A stretch of DNA of 64,000 nucleotides from a virus, in IMG/VR virus record IMGVR_UViG_3300021127_000004, positions 14,700-78,699 of that record. One strand, written 5' to 3'. The position numbers and the translations under genes were made by a program. The notes under the pieces were generated by a model. It was given only the letters and a program-made list of their open reading frames with translations. It ran no database searches and was not told where the DNA came from. This document shows positions 29,361 to 40,192 of the stretch, piece after piece (position 1 is the stretch's first letter; each line of letters opens with the position of its first letter).

Positions 29361-30632
29361 CTAAAATAAGTTTATCCCGTACTTCTTTAAATTGCCAATA
29401 ACAACTTCTGCTTCATCTAGTGCAGATAATTCTATTTTTAATTCAAATCCCTTTACTTCTTTTGCTATTTTTATGCAACCTTCTTTTGCTGCCTTTAAAG
29501 TATCTGCATAAAAAACAACTGCACCTATTTCTGTCATATCTGTGTTCTGTGGAACAAATATCGAAGTGCCATTTTCATCAATATGTAAACTTTTTATCTT
29601 TACAAATTCTTTGTATTTTTTTGGGAAATAAACTCTTTGCGGGTGTTCTTTAGCCCTATATGACTTTATAATTAACTGTACGCCGTACTTTGCTTTTGCT
29701 TCTACATTGGGGATGATACCATTTGCAACTTCCCAACAATAAACAGGATAATCTTTAAACATTTCACAAGCCAATGAAGTAGGGGGTTCTCCCAAACGTG
29801 CGGTCATATCTAGGTAATAGCTAAAGTCTTTTTTAGTACACCTTTCTTCACTACTATACCATCCTTTATACTCGTTATCTTTGAAAGTTTGGGACATTTT
29901 TTCATTTGCTTCACGGGTTGTTTTGGGCAACTTATCATAGTCTGTAAATACGGCACAATAAGAAGCATCTTTCACTTCGCATCCAAACAAAGTTTTAGAA
30001 GTAAATTTCCCGTCAATCGTAAACCCATCAAACCCGTACTCCAAAGCATCTTTAATGGATTCCTCGATAATAAAATCTTCATTTTCTTTATTAATACCTA
30101 AGTCTCGTTCTAAATCCATTAAAGCATCTATGCCACATTCATCATCTTGATATTTGAACGTTTCACAATCGCCACGAAAAAAGCTAGCCTTAACCCAAAC
30201 ATCTTTTTTCCCTTTCAACTTTTCACGAAGTTCCGTTATCCCGTGTGCTACTTCATATTTATTTACAGGCATATCTAGTTGTTCTAAGAACTTTTTTAGC
30301 TGCAACCGATATAATTCATAATCTTGTATTTTACCTGACCCAAATACAGCTTTACCTTCATTTCTTAGCCTGTTTTGCCTTGCCCCTTTATGTAAGTCTG
30401 TGAAAAAGAATAAATCTATTTCATGCTCGTAGTCATCTACATTATCTATCCTTGTTACATTAGGTATCCCCGTTCCAACTATAAAAGGTTGGCTTCTAGC
30501 AAACTCACTCTCATAGGGGGAGTAGTAAAGTACCGTACCGAAATATCTTGCAAATACTTCTACTAAATAAGTAAACCCCCCGTAATCTTCGATAAGTACA
30601 ACCTTATCTTTTAAATTATATTTATCCATCAT
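29361..30632 (-). CDS. ATP-grasp ligase (PurD/GARS-like fold)
   Basis: VFGSG...EL.R...KKFL...MPV, VWVKA, FIIEESI...EYGFDGF and DMTARLGEP ATP-grasp motifs. Confidence 0.8.
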   Translation of the reverse strand: MMDKYNLKDKVVLIEDYGGFTYLVEVFARYFGTVLYYSPYESEFARSQPFIVGTGIPNVTRIDNVDDYEHEIDLFFFTDLHKGARQNRLRNEGKAVFGSGKIQDYELYRLQLKKFLEQLDMPVNKYEVAHGITELREKLKGKKDVWVKASFFRGDCETFKYQDDECGIDALMDLERDLGINKENEDFIIEESIKDALEYGFDGFTIDGKFTSKTLFGCEVKDASYCAVFTDYDKLPKTTREANEKMSQTFKDNEYKGWYSSEERCTKKDFSYYLDMTARLGEPPTSLACEMFKDYPVYCWEVANGIIPNVEAKAKYGVQLIIKSYRAKEHPQRVYFPKKYKEFVKIKSLHIDENGTSIFVPQNTDMTEIGAVVFYADTLKAAKEGCIKIAKEVKGFELKIELSALDEAEVVIGNLKKYGINLF

Positions 30633-31021
30633 AAATTATTTATCAAATTTTCGTATTCAGCCCAATCAACACCAAGTTCTGCTGCCAAAAGTAACTCTAT
30701 CCCCGTACTTTGCGTATGTTGTTTGCGGTAAGGCGCATCGTGCCTAAAACCATTTTCAATATCATCATTCATTGTCCCTATTTCTTTTGCTTTTTCACAA
30801 TAAGCATCCCAATCGGTTATTTCTTTTTCGCTGACCCCATTGGCTTCGGTTGTTAGCACCTCCCATAATTCGTGCATAACAATTAATGATTCTTTCTTTT
30901 TGTCCCCCAACTCTGCAACTAATATATTTAAAACACCATTTGCATCATAGAAATAATCCCCAACATCATTGTTTCTTATTTTGCTTCTATCTACTGACTT
31001 TATATGTATCTCTAATGACAT
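30629..31021 (-). CDS. small zincin-like metalloprotein
   Basis: VGDY...LNILV...MHELWE (HExxE) and APYRKQH; overlaps the ATP-grasp start. Confidence 0.55.
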   Translation of the reverse strand: MSLEIHIKSVDRSKIRNNDVGDYFYDANGVLNILVAELGDKKKESLIVMHELWEVLTTEANGVSEKEITDWDAYCEKAKEIGTMNDDIENGFRHDAPYRKQHTQSTGIELLLAAELGVDWAEYENLINNL

Positions 31022-31320
31022 TCGCTTGTTTTAAACAGTTCATTATTAACTCGTTCAACTTCCTTGTAAATATCTTTCCTTAGTTTTGCATCGTACATCT
31101 TACAAATACGGGAATGTGGTAAATGCCTCTTTACTTCTTTTACATTATCTTCATCACTTAGTAATTCAACCCAATGATAACCGAATTTATTAAAAGAAGT
31201 CCCGCCCAATCCAACCATTTTTCTAGTGGTAAAGTATCCATATATTTTCCCATCAAAAGGAACTATATCAATATTGTAACTAGCCTTAAATTGTTTTATA
31301 ACTTCTATTTTTAATGGCAT
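31012..31320 (-). CDS. hypothetical protein
   Basis: ATG 31320 directly follows the stop of the 45-aa ORF (the ORF track extends it to 31356). Confidence 0.55.
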   Translation of the reverse strand: MPLKIEVIKQFKASYNIDIVPFDGKIYGYFTTRKMVGLGGTSFNKFGYHWVELLSDEDNVKEVKRHLPHSRICKMYDAKLRKDIYKEVERVNNELFKTSECH

Positions 31321-31321
31321 T

Positions 31322-31459
31322 TTATTTCTTTTTACCTTTTGCTTTTTTTTGAACACTATAAGCTATTGCTACTGCTTGTTTTTGGGGTTTCCCCGCTTTT
31401 ACTTCCTTCTTTACATTTTCAGAAAATGCTTTCTTACTTGTTGACTTTTTTAAAGGCAT
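31322..31459 (-). CDS. 45-aa basic phage protein (DUF6496-like)
   Basis: MPLKKSTSKKAFSENVRREVKAGKPQKQAVAIAYSVQKKAKGKKK; the KQAVAIA motif is widespread in phage packaging modules; below the ORF-track cutoff. Confidence 0.75.
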   Translation of the reverse strand: MPLKKSTSKKAFSENVKKEVKAGKPQKQAVAIAYSVQKKAKGKKK

Positions 31460-31469
31460 AAAATATGTT

Positions 31470-31658
31470 TTAAATTTGTATCCCTATAAAAACTGTTGAA
31501 AACTCCATTAGTCTTTCGAGTGCCTTTTGCGACTTACCTTCTTCGTAACCTTCATAAGTAAGTGTGTCATATTCTTTGCCTTCGTTATCTATTACATTTA
31601 AGTGTAAACACCTTATTTCTGAATTATTCCTTATTACGCTTTTTACTATTTGTGGCAT
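31470..31658 (-). CDS. hypothetical protein
   Basis: 62 aa ORF filling the gap in the operon. Confidence 0.55.
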   Translation of the reverse strand: MPQIVKSVIRNNSEIRCLHLNVIDNEGKEYDTLTYEGYEEGKSQKALERLMEFSTVFIGIQI

Positions 31659-31671
31659 AATTGTTTATTTT

Positions 31672-34600
31672 TTATTTACTATACCCTGTTGCTTCTGCTT
31701 TCTTTTCATCAGTAGGGGCTAGCTTTCTCAATCCAACACCAGCCTCAACCTGTGAAATAACACCTTTGTCAATAGGTCTTAGATTTCCGTTACTATCTTT
31801 ATCAAACCATTCACTAACATTTTCCATAATAGGTACAGATAAGGCACTAAGCGCAATTTCAGACGGATGCAAGATACTCTTATATGGCAATCTTTCTGAA
31901 ACTTCATTTACATCAGACCAAAATGTATTTGATGCTGAATCCAACGCCCCTTTAAGTTTCTTTTTACCTGTCTTACCTGCATAATCATGTTCAAAGGTAT
32001 ATACTTGCATAGAATTAACCAATAATGCAACTGAAAGAAATTCGGGTAAGTGATTTAATACTGAACTACCAAACTTGCCAAACCTATGACCATCTATTTC
32101 CCATTGACCAAACTCTAACGGTGTTCCATCTTCGCCGTAAACAACTCGTTTTTTGCCATCTTCATATTGACCACCATATCTTAATTTACCATTAGCATAC
32201 ATCGCTCCTGCCGTTAAAAATAACGCTGCCCCAAACAATCCCCTAGACATAATTTTATTTATGTATGCTTTTTTAGCTTCGGGAATATTGTCTGCTGCCG
32301 ATTTGAACTTGTCCCAAACATCATTATACTCTTTCCCTTCTTTCTCATTCAGGTTCATTTGTTTACCTACTTCCCTAAAATAGCTTACCCACCCTTCTGC
32401 CCCTAATGTTGATACATCTATACCATGCTTAACTATATTAACTCCAATTTTAGCTGCTGGTAAAGCAAATTTAAGGAATCCTGAAATAATACGTTTTACA
32501 CGACTATTTTGCGGCTTAGACCATCCTTCTTTTAATTCATTTACCGCCTCTACTAATTGCGTTTTGTCATTAAACTTACCTGAATTATATTCTACATAAG
32601 CCTTATTTAAAGCCCTTTGTCTTGTTACTCCATCTAAATCTTCTCCACGATTTTGATAGTCCTCTAAATACTTATTATAGCTTTCAATTAACGCTCTCCT
32701 AGATGAAGGTGCTTTTAATGCTCCGTGTGTTCTATTCAGGGAACTAAGATAATAGTGTGCCTTATCCGCTCCGTTTACGTCAACAGAACCTATTCTTATA
32801 TTCCCACCCATCATTTCATCAAATTCAGTAGAACCAAATCGTGCTAATTCAATCATATCTATTCCTACATTACCGTGAATAAAACGATATATATTAGCAC
32901 TTGCGTTTTCTAATTCTGCTTTTTTGTAATTAAATATTGCATCTTGATATTCTTTTGATGCCTTATACTTACTATATTCATCAGAGTATTTGCCATATTT
33001 AGACTTAATAGCATCTAAATTATCTGAAACCTTTTTAGTGTTTTTTATAGCATCTTCAAAAACAGCCTTTTTGCTATCAGCAAACTTAATGGCTTCTTTA
33101 TCTGACTTAAATTCTATTAGCCCCTTAAACCCTTTGCCTGTTTGAGAAATAGATGTCCTTTCTGATTTCATGCCCGGCAAGAATTTAATTGGATAACCAA
33201 ATATTCTAGTAACAATAAGTGGGTCAACTATCAATTTGCTTAATCCTGAAATACCTACACGACCTTCTGTCTTTAACCCGCCCGTCAAAAATGTGTTCCT
33301 CCACTTTATAAACTTTTGCCATCCTGTTTCATTCTCTAATTCTGCCTTTCTAGTTAAAAATTTAAGACGACCCTTTATCTTTGTTTTCTCTATTTGAGAA
33401 TTAGTCAATAAATTATCTTTCTTATAACTATAAGGGGTTGTTGGTATATCTGTATAGTTTCCAGATTTTATTTTTCTTTGAGTATTCTTTATTTCATTAT
33501 CATATTGCTTTTGAAGCCTTTTTTTAGAAATAGCATCTGCACTTTTTTGCCAATTATCTTCCAAATTAAGCCTTATCTCTTTCAGTTTTTTAGCCAAAGA
33601 TTTATCGCCTACACTATTTTCTAGTTTTTGAATAATGCCATGCGCTTTTTTTGCCGCTTCCCCTAAATCTTGTCCATTATCAATAAGGCTATTATGCAAT
33701 AACCCCAACTCTCTATTTAGATTGTTAAGTAGCATTACATTTTCAAAATCTCCTTTTTCTGCACTTTCAAGTGCTTCATGGGTAATGTCCCCTTGAAACT
33801 TATTTAAGTCGTCCGAAATACTGCCAATAACAGCCCTTTTAGCATCCACACTATCTTTATCCCCACGCTCACGCTTTAATCCCCTATCAATGTATGATTG
33901 GTTTAAATCTTCCCTTGCTTTATTAAGTTCTTCTATTGAAGCCGACTTTTGTTTTATCTCTTTCCTGAAAATAGTTCCTTCATTATTGACGTGTTCAATT
34001 TCATCATTTATGGCATCTAACTTTTCTTGCCTACGTTGTTTTTCCGCATCCTGCTTCTCTTTTATTTTATCTAAATCAGGCGCAACCTTATCTAACAAAT
34101 CCTGCTTTGCTTGCTTTATTTCACGAAGTGTTTTAGTTCGTTCAGAATCTTCTACACTTGCTGTTTTATTATCAATCTTTCTTTGACCTGCATTTATTTG
34201 GTCATTAAGGGAACTAATCTCATTTACCAACGATTGGTTGCGTTTCTTTAATTCCTTTTCATTTGCCCATTGGTCTATTGGTAGTGGGATATACTTATTT
34301 TCTAAATCCAACAAAGATTTTTCAACTTCTTTTAACCTGCTTAATTCAACATCATCCAATGGCTTTTTTTGTTCTTCTAATGCTCTTTTCTTTGCAAGTA
34401 TTTCATTCCTTATTTTCTCAATTGATTTTTTAACCGCATCCTTTGCTGCCTTTAATCGGTCGTAAGGTTGTTTCCTGTCGCTTTCTTCTATTTCTCTTTC
34501 TGCTTGCCTGCGCTCTTTAGTCAAATCGGACAATCTATTATCTAACCCTTTTTCGTATTCTGATTTTATTAATGATTTTTTTGTTTCATCCGTTTCCTCG

Positions 34601-37600
34601 TGCCATTCAACACCTTTCTCTAGTGCCGAAACCTTTAACTCTTTTGATGCAATACGTTTTACTTCTTTTCTTTTTGAAGTAACGTCACTGTCTAGTTTAC
34701 TCTTTTTTTCTTTAGCAAATTCACCATCACCCAAATACGCTTCGTTCAGTTGTTGGCGTGTCAAAGAAGGTAACTCCTTTTTCAATTCATTGTAAGCATC
34801 GGACATGACTTTATCGCCATTAGTCCTGCCATCATGTATTATATCTTCTACATAGTCTTTAATCAATCCACTATCAACCATTTCTTTTGTAATGGTATCT
34901 GCGTTTAAAGTTTCTTTAATCGCTTGCAATTTCTTTAATGTTTCTTCTTTCGATGGAAGTTGCGTTTTAGATATTGCACTATTAATCAACTTCATAAAAT
35001 CAGCTTCATCAAAATTCTCTTTGAAGTCTTTTTTATATGAATCTATTTTGTCTTTTATAAGTTTAGCCAATTCTTCGCCCTTATCTAATCCATCTGCAAT
35101 GTGTTCTAACATATCCGCCAAATGTTCTTTGACGTTAAATCCACTTACTCCTGCCTTATAAGCATCGGGGGCAGCCGACTTACCTAACCCTAGTTTATCT
35201 AAAGTTTCACTTTCCCTAACCTTCTTTGCGAAATCCCTTATACTATCAGTTTTCTTTTTGTTTGCAATCGACTTCTTTTCTGCCGTACCCTCTTTCTTTC
35301 CTTTCTCAAATGCTTCTTTTATTTTTTGTTGCACTTCTTTGTCAGAAAGTTCCGTAATTTCAGTTTTATCTTTTGCAATACGTTCATCTAATTGCTTTTG
35401 CAATTTCTCCATTTCTTTTACATACGGTTCTATCCTTTTTGCATTGTACTTTGATATTTTCTTATCTTTAATTAATTGCTCTAAATCTGAACTAGATTTT
35501 GGTATATCAAAACCAAACATACCACTTTGGATAACTCTGTAAATATCTACTTGCCCCTTTTCATCTTTACTGAAAATACCACCAAACAGTCCTAGTGTTC
35601 TACCTGCCTTACTGCCCAATGTATTTAGTACTTCTAATGTATCATCTTGCTGTTGCAGTAAATCAGCCATTATTGCTGCCGCATCCGTAATCTCTTTATC
35701 CGTTTCGTGCTTACCGTCTTTTATTGAATCTATTTGTTCGTCTAAATTCATCAAGTGTAATGCCGCCGTAACAACCTTATGTTCATTAAAAGCTAAAGTA
35801 CCTTCTTTTAAGTCTTTATACATTTGGTCAACTTCACTACGAGCAACATCATTAATAGTATTACCTCGCCTACTTGCCGTATCTGCAAGGCTACTTAATG
35901 TTTGCTTTGCTAATTCACCCCACCCTATCTTAATCTTTGCAAACTTTTTACCATACTTTTCAAAAACGCTCGCTTTGTCTATTCGTGTTCCACGTCCGTC
36001 TGCATTTCCTGTTTCTTTGTTGTCAGTGTCATTAGTAGGAGGTACACCACCTTCACTAGATGATGTACCGTCCCCACCAATTACATTGCTTTCTTCATCG
36101 CCTTCTTGGCTACCTTTTTGGCTATCGCCTTTTTGGCGACCTTTTTTACCTCTTTCTTTGCTGCTGCTTTCATCTGTTGATGTTTTTGTTGTTGTGCTGC
36201 CGATATTGGCATTATATTCTGTTGGGGTTTGTTCCCCTACTGTTTCTTCTTTCGGCTCAACGTTAATATTGCCGCTTTTTTCTGTAAATCCGTTAGTGGC
36301 TGCGTACTGTTCCCAATATTCTTTTTCAAGCTGTTCGATTGTATCAAACTGTTGTTCTGCAAGTTTTTGTTGCCCTTCTGTGAGTTTTCTAAATTCATTT
36401 TCTATCGCTTTTGTGGCTATCTCATTGTTTAATGGAAGCCCTGTTAATTTTTCAAATTTGTCTTTTGCACTTTGTGCAACGCTATTTTCTGATTCTTTTA
36501 ATGCGCTACTTTCGCCTTTAGGGAATTTGGTAATAAAGTCAACAATATCTTGTGGGGTTATTTCAGTTCCATAATGGTCGGACATTTCTTTTGCAACCTC
36601 GTCTATACTTCTTGCTTCTTCGCCTTTTTTGCCTTTAAAATAACTATTTATAATGTCGGAATCAATATTATTCCTATCCCCAAAACTTTTAAAGCTATCT
36701 TGAGATATTTTACCAAGACCATATTCTGCTATTTGTCTTTCTTTCGTGTCAATAACTTCCCCTTCGGGCTGTTGCCTAATATAAGTTTCTGCAATTTCTA
36801 GTGGATTATTTGAATTGTCAATTACATATTGGTCTGCTTCTTTCTCGTCTTTAAAAGAAATCCCTTTAGGTTCTTTTGAAACTTCTCCCACATTAAAATT
36901 ATAATTATCTGCCGCCTCGTTTATAACCTTTTTAGATGTTTTTTTACTTACTTCTTTACCCGTATTAATATCAACCACTTTGGCAAACCCGTTCTCGTCA
37001 TAAACTAATTTATTTCTGCCACTTTTTGAAATATACTCTTTTGGTTCTGCAACTTGGCTCTTTTCTTCACTAGGTACAGATAATTCTTCTTTAGTAGGGG
37101 TAGGGGCTTTTTCGGGTACTTCAAGCATACCTTCGGGTATATCTTCTGATTGACTAAATCCTAGTTTATCTTGTGCTTCACTTCTAGGTATTAATTCCCC
37201 ACTATCTGTTTTAAATTGCCCGTTTTCTGTTCTCCATTTTTTACCTTCTGCTGTATCGGGGCTTGGTATTTTTTGACCGTCTGCAATAGCAGCTTCCATT
37301 GCTTCCCCGTGATTAGCACCATAGTATTCTTTCCCATATACTACTATTGTAGGGGTTACTTTACCTTCGGGTATTTCAACTTCTGCACCTTTACCGTTGG
37401 TGGGTGTGACTTTCTCACTTTCGGTTTCTTCGATTGGGGTTTCCTCATTTACTCTTTGTTTTTGTTTTACTAAATAGTTATCGTTTAAAAAATCAACTTT
37501 AGCTTTTTTAGCTGCTAATTGTTCATCGGTTATTTTCCCATTTGAATGTTCTTGTACTGCTTCTTCAAAATCTTTTTTAGCTTGAAACAAATCATTTAAA

Positions 37601-40179
37601 GGCTCTAATGTGTCATTAAATTTTAACCCTTTTTGTATCTTATCATTTTGTTCATTTAAGGCATCAATTCTTTTTTGAATGTCGTTCTTTTCTGCCTCGT
37701 TCTTTGCACTTTCAAGTTTATCTGTTAATACGGATACGGCTGTTTTGTTTGCAACCCAAACTTTCTTTTGCTTATCATCAATAACAAGTCCATCTTCATT
37801 AATAGCAGCATCTAAAGCCCCCTTAGAAGCCCTTGCCGTATTAAGTATTTTCATTTTTTCATTATAGCCTTGTTCAGTATCTAACCCTTTTTCTAAATTG
37901 GTTTTAAAAACATCTTGCCAACTATCGTGATTAAGTGCTAGGTCGTAAGTGAATGCTTTGAAGGATGAATTTTTAGCTTCTTGGTGTTCTCCAATAGTTT
38001 TTACACCCCCTAATAAAGCCATGCCTATCATTCCATCTACAAAAGACTTTCCTGCTTGGCTTACAATTTTATCAGAAGTCATAGACTTATCCCCCGCTAC
38101 CATTTTAAGCAAGTTGTCTGCTGCCCCAAAAGATGCCATAGTAACAGCCCCTTTAGCTACGTTTGTAGCATACTTGCCAACAAACTTAACTAAGTCTTTT
38201 TTACTACCTTGCAATAACTCATTGGCAACATCTTTAGACATCGTATTGTTAGATAATCCTTCTGCTATTTTAGCAAACTTATCAGTTACTGTTGATGGCA
38301 GTTTTACATAGTGGTCTAGTTCTAAGTATTTGCCTATTTCAGCATTAGTTACAGCCCCTAAAGCAGCATATAAGTGTCTCCCTGCATCATTATCTATAAT
38401 GTCATAGCTTTCCTTTAAATGTGGGTCGTAAGAAGGTAACCCAAAAGACAAATAATTACCAACTCTTTCTGTTGCTTGTTTTGACAATCCTGCTGCTTCC
38501 GAAAATTCGCCCCCAACCGATGAAAGCGCAACCATACCTGCAACATTAGCAGTAGTATTTAATATAGTCTTTGGGACTGTAAAAAACCAATTAGCCTTAT
38601 CTTTATTTGTTATTTCTGTTTGTGATGGATATAATTCATCTGCCATCTTGCTTGCAGTAATATCTTGTTTTGACCTAAACCCTGTAATATCTCCTAAAGA
38701 AAAACCTAAATTTTTAAAAGGGTCTATAAGAGAACGAAAAGTACTAGCTAGTAAACTATTATCTGCAAAAGATAATTCTTTATCAGTTAATGATTGTGCT
38801 ATATCTTTTGTTTTGGGGTTATCTAAAAAACCTAATTCCCCCATTATTCTTTCCAAATCCCCACTTTGAATACCTAATATTTTCTCTCTAATAGACTTAG
38901 TATCCGCATCTTTATCTAAACCTTGTTCACTTAGTATCTTAGCATTAACTGCATTTATTATTTTTGATTTTACTAATGCTGGATATTTATAAATTGCATC
39001 ATCATCAACCAAATTATATTTTGCTTGTGCGGCATCAAATTTAATCTTGTCGCCACTTTCATAGGCATCAGACATTTCATCTAGTGCAGACTGCTTCTTA
39101 ACTTTATTATAATCTAATTCTGCATATCCTTTGACACTATTTAAAACTGTTGCGTTATTCTTATCGTTCCCTACTACTTTGTTATAAAGTTGCCCCATAG
39201 CTTCTATCCCACCTAAAACACCAATTGAATGTATTTCGGGGGCGAGTGCTTTTTGAACCATTTGATAACCCGTAGGATTAGTCCTTTGTGCTATTTTTTG
39301 TAATGTAACATCTTTAGGGACACCACTTGCTTCATCTTCTGTAATAGTTTGCTTAACAACGTGGTCTGATATTAATGCTTGATACTGTTTTGATTTAGTC
39401 AAAAAGTCACTTATATCATTTAATATTGGGTCATTAAAATTAGTTGGGACATCTTTAACGGAGGCTTCGTAATCCCATTTAGTATGTGCAATCGTTAAAT
39501 CTTTTTTCTTTTTATTTTCCCCCGTCTTTAATGCTTCTAAAAATTGTGCAGACTTTTCAGCACTACTCAACACTTCATCTGTATTGAACGTAGTGCCAAA
39601 TTGTTTATTGTAATCTGAAATAGTGTTATCTAAATCAGACTTTATCTTCTTTCTGTTTTCTTGGTTTTCTAATAATACTCCTGCTTGATTCCCTTTTTTA
39701 ATATAGGCATCAATAACTTTAGGGGATTTCCCCGAACTTGAAGCTAAATGATTAATATCTTCATCATTAACAGTACCATCCATTACTCTCTTTTGTAACC
39801 CCTCAATAGCAGTAGGGTCGTTTGAATAAGGTACTTTATCGGTAGGTATTTCTAATCCACCACTTGTCTTAACTTTTTGTTTTGGGCTAACCCCGTAAAG
39901 TTCGCTCGTAGGTAATTGTGATTGACCATCCGTTGTTGGTTTTTGACCTTGTGAACTTGAAACGTCTGTACCATCTTTTTTTTTTACCGTACTAAATTCA
40001 TCAAAGCTGTAAGCCTTATCGCTAATCATTTTACTTTTTGTAGCGTTAGGCTTAACAGGGTTATTAATGGGTTTATTTGAGGCAATATTGGACTTATCGG
40101 AACTTCCTTTTTGAAATTCATCGAAGCTATACGCATCGTCACTAATCATTCGCCCGTTACTACTTTTTGATGTTGCCAT
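31672..40179 (-). CDS. giant internal virion/ejection protein
   Basis: 2835 aa, K/E-rich coiled coils with Gly/Ala-rich hydrophobic stretches; last of three ejection-type genes. Confidence 0.65.
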   Translation of the reverse strand: MATSKSSNGRMISDDAYSFDEFQKGSSDKSNIASNKPINNPVKPNATKSKMISDKAYSFDEFSTVKKKDGTDVSSSQGQKPTTDGQSQLPTSELYGVSPKQKVKTSGGLEIPTDKVPYSNDPTAIEGLQKRVMDGTVNDEDINHLASSSGKSPKVIDAYIKKGNQAGVLLENQENRKKIKSDLDNTISDYNKQFGTTFNTDEVLSSAEKSAQFLEALKTGENKKKKDLTIAHTKWDYEASVKDVPTNFNDPILNDISDFLTKSKQYQALISDHVVKQTITEDEASGVPKDVTLQKIAQRTNPTGYQMVQKALAPEIHSIGVLGGIEAMGQLYNKVVGNDKNNATVLNSVKGYAELDYNKVKKQSALDEMSDAYESGDKIKFDAAQAKYNLVDDDAIYKYPALVKSKIINAVNAKILSEQGLDKDADTKSIREKILGIQSGDLERIMGELGFLDNPKTKDIAQSLTDKELSFADNSLLASTFRSLIDPFKNLGFSLGDITGFRSKQDITASKMADELYPSQTEITNKDKANWFFTVPKTILNTTANVAGMVALSSVGGEFSEAAGLSKQATERVGNYLSFGLPSYDPHLKESYDIIDNDAGRHLYAALGAVTNAEIGKYLELDHYVKLPSTVTDKFAKIAEGLSNNTMSKDVANELLQGSKKDLVKFVGKYATNVAKGAVTMASFGAADNLLKMVAGDKSMTSDKIVSQAGKSFVDGMIGMALLGGVKTIGEHQEAKNSSFKAFTYDLALNHDSWQDVFKTNLEKGLDTEQGYNEKMKILNTARASKGALDAAINEDGLVIDDKQKKVWVANKTAVSVLTDKLESAKNEAEKNDIQKRIDALNEQNDKIQKGLKFNDTLEPLNDLFQAKKDFEEAVQEHSNGKITDEQLAAKKAKVDFLNDNYLVKQKQRVNEETPIEETESEKVTPTNGKGAEVEIPEGKVTPTIVVYGKEYYGANHGEAMEAAIADGQKIPSPDTAEGKKWRTENGQFKTDSGELIPRSEAQDKLGFSQSEDIPEGMLEVPEKAPTPTKEELSVPSEEKSQVAEPKEYISKSGRNKLVYDENGFAKVVDINTGKEVSKKTSKKVINEAADNYNFNVGEVSKEPKGISFKDEKEADQYVIDNSNNPLEIAETYIRQQPEGEVIDTKERQIAEYGLGKISQDSFKSFGDRNNIDSDIINSYFKGKKGEEARSIDEVAKEMSDHYGTEITPQDIVDFITKFPKGESSALKESENSVAQSAKDKFEKLTGLPLNNEIATKAIENEFRKLTEGQQKLAEQQFDTIEQLEKEYWEQYAATNGFTEKSGNINVEPKEETVGEQTPTEYNANIGSTTTKTSTDESSSKERGKKGRQKGDSQKGSQEGDEESNVIGGDGTSSSEGGVPPTNDTDNKETGNADGRGTRIDKASVFEKYGKKFAKIKIGWGELAKQTLSSLADTASRRGNTINDVARSEVDQMYKDLKEGTLAFNEHKVVTAALHLMNLDEQIDSIKDGKHETDKEITDAAAIMADLLQQQDDTLEVLNTLGSKAGRTLGLFGGIFSKDEKGQVDIYRVIQSGMFGFDIPKSSSDLEQLIKDKKISKYNAKRIEPYVKEMEKLQKQLDERIAKDKTEITELSDKEVQQKIKEAFEKGKKEGTAEKKSIANKKKTDSIRDFAKKVRESETLDKLGLGKSAAPDAYKAGVSGFNVKEHLADMLEHIADGLDKGEELAKLIKDKIDSYKKDFKENFDEADFMKLINSAISKTQLPSKEETLKKLQAIKETLNADTITKEMVDSGLIKDYVEDIIHDGRTNGDKVMSDAYNELKKELPSLTRQQLNEAYLGDGEFAKEKKSKLDSDVTSKRKEVKRIASKELKVSALEKGVEWHEETDETKKSLIKSEYEKGLDNRLSDLTKERRQAEREIEESDRKQPYDRLKAAKDAVKKSIEKIRNEILAKKRALEEQKKPLDDVELSRLKEVEKSLLDLENKYIPLPIDQWANEKELKKRNQSLVNEISSLNDQINAGQRKIDNKTASVEDSERTKTLREIKQAKQDLLDKVAPDLDKIKEKQDAEKQRRQEKLDAINDEIEHVNNEGTIFRKEIKQKSASIEELNKAREDLNQSYIDRGLKRERGDKDSVDAKRAVIGSISDDLNKFQGDITHEALESAEKGDFENVMLLNNLNRELGLLHNSLIDNGQDLGEAAKKAHGIIQKLENSVGDKSLAKKLKEIRLNLEDNWQKSADAISKKRLQKQYDNEIKNTQRKIKSGNYTDIPTTPYSYKKDNLLTNSQIEKTKIKGRLKFLTRKAELENETGWQKFIKWRNTFLTGGLKTEGRVGISGLSKLIVDPLIVTRIFGYPIKFLPGMKSERTSISQTGKGFKGLIEFKSDKEAIKFADSKKAVFEDAIKNTKKVSDNLDAIKSKYGKYSDEYSKYKASKEYQDAIFNYKKAELENASANIYRFIHGNVGIDMIELARFGSTEFDEMMGGNIRIGSVDVNGADKAHYYLSSLNRTHGALKAPSSRRALIESYNKYLEDYQNRGEDLDGVTRQRALNKAYVEYNSGKFNDKTQLVEAVNELKEGWSKPQNSRVKRIISGFLKFALPAAKIGVNIVKHGIDVSTLGAEGWVSYFREVGKQMNLNEKEGKEYNDVWDKFKSAADNIPEAKKAYINKIMSRGLFGAALFLTAGAMYANGKLRYGGQYEDGKKRVVYGEDGTPLEFGQWEIDGHRFGKFGSSVLNHLPEFLSVALLVNSMQVYTFEHDYAGKTGKKKLKGALDSASNTFWSDVNEVSERLPYKSILHPSEIALSALSVPIMENVSEWFDKDSNGNLRPIDKGVISQVEAGVGLRKLAPTDEKKAEATGYSK

Positions 40180-40192
40180 TTTTTATTTTAAT

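Noticed and set aside
29361-30632. Genuine purD or a PurZ-type base-modification gene
   Set aside because: The N-terminal GxGGRE motif of PurD is absent, the fold is not PurA-like, and no companion nucleotide-modification genes are visible
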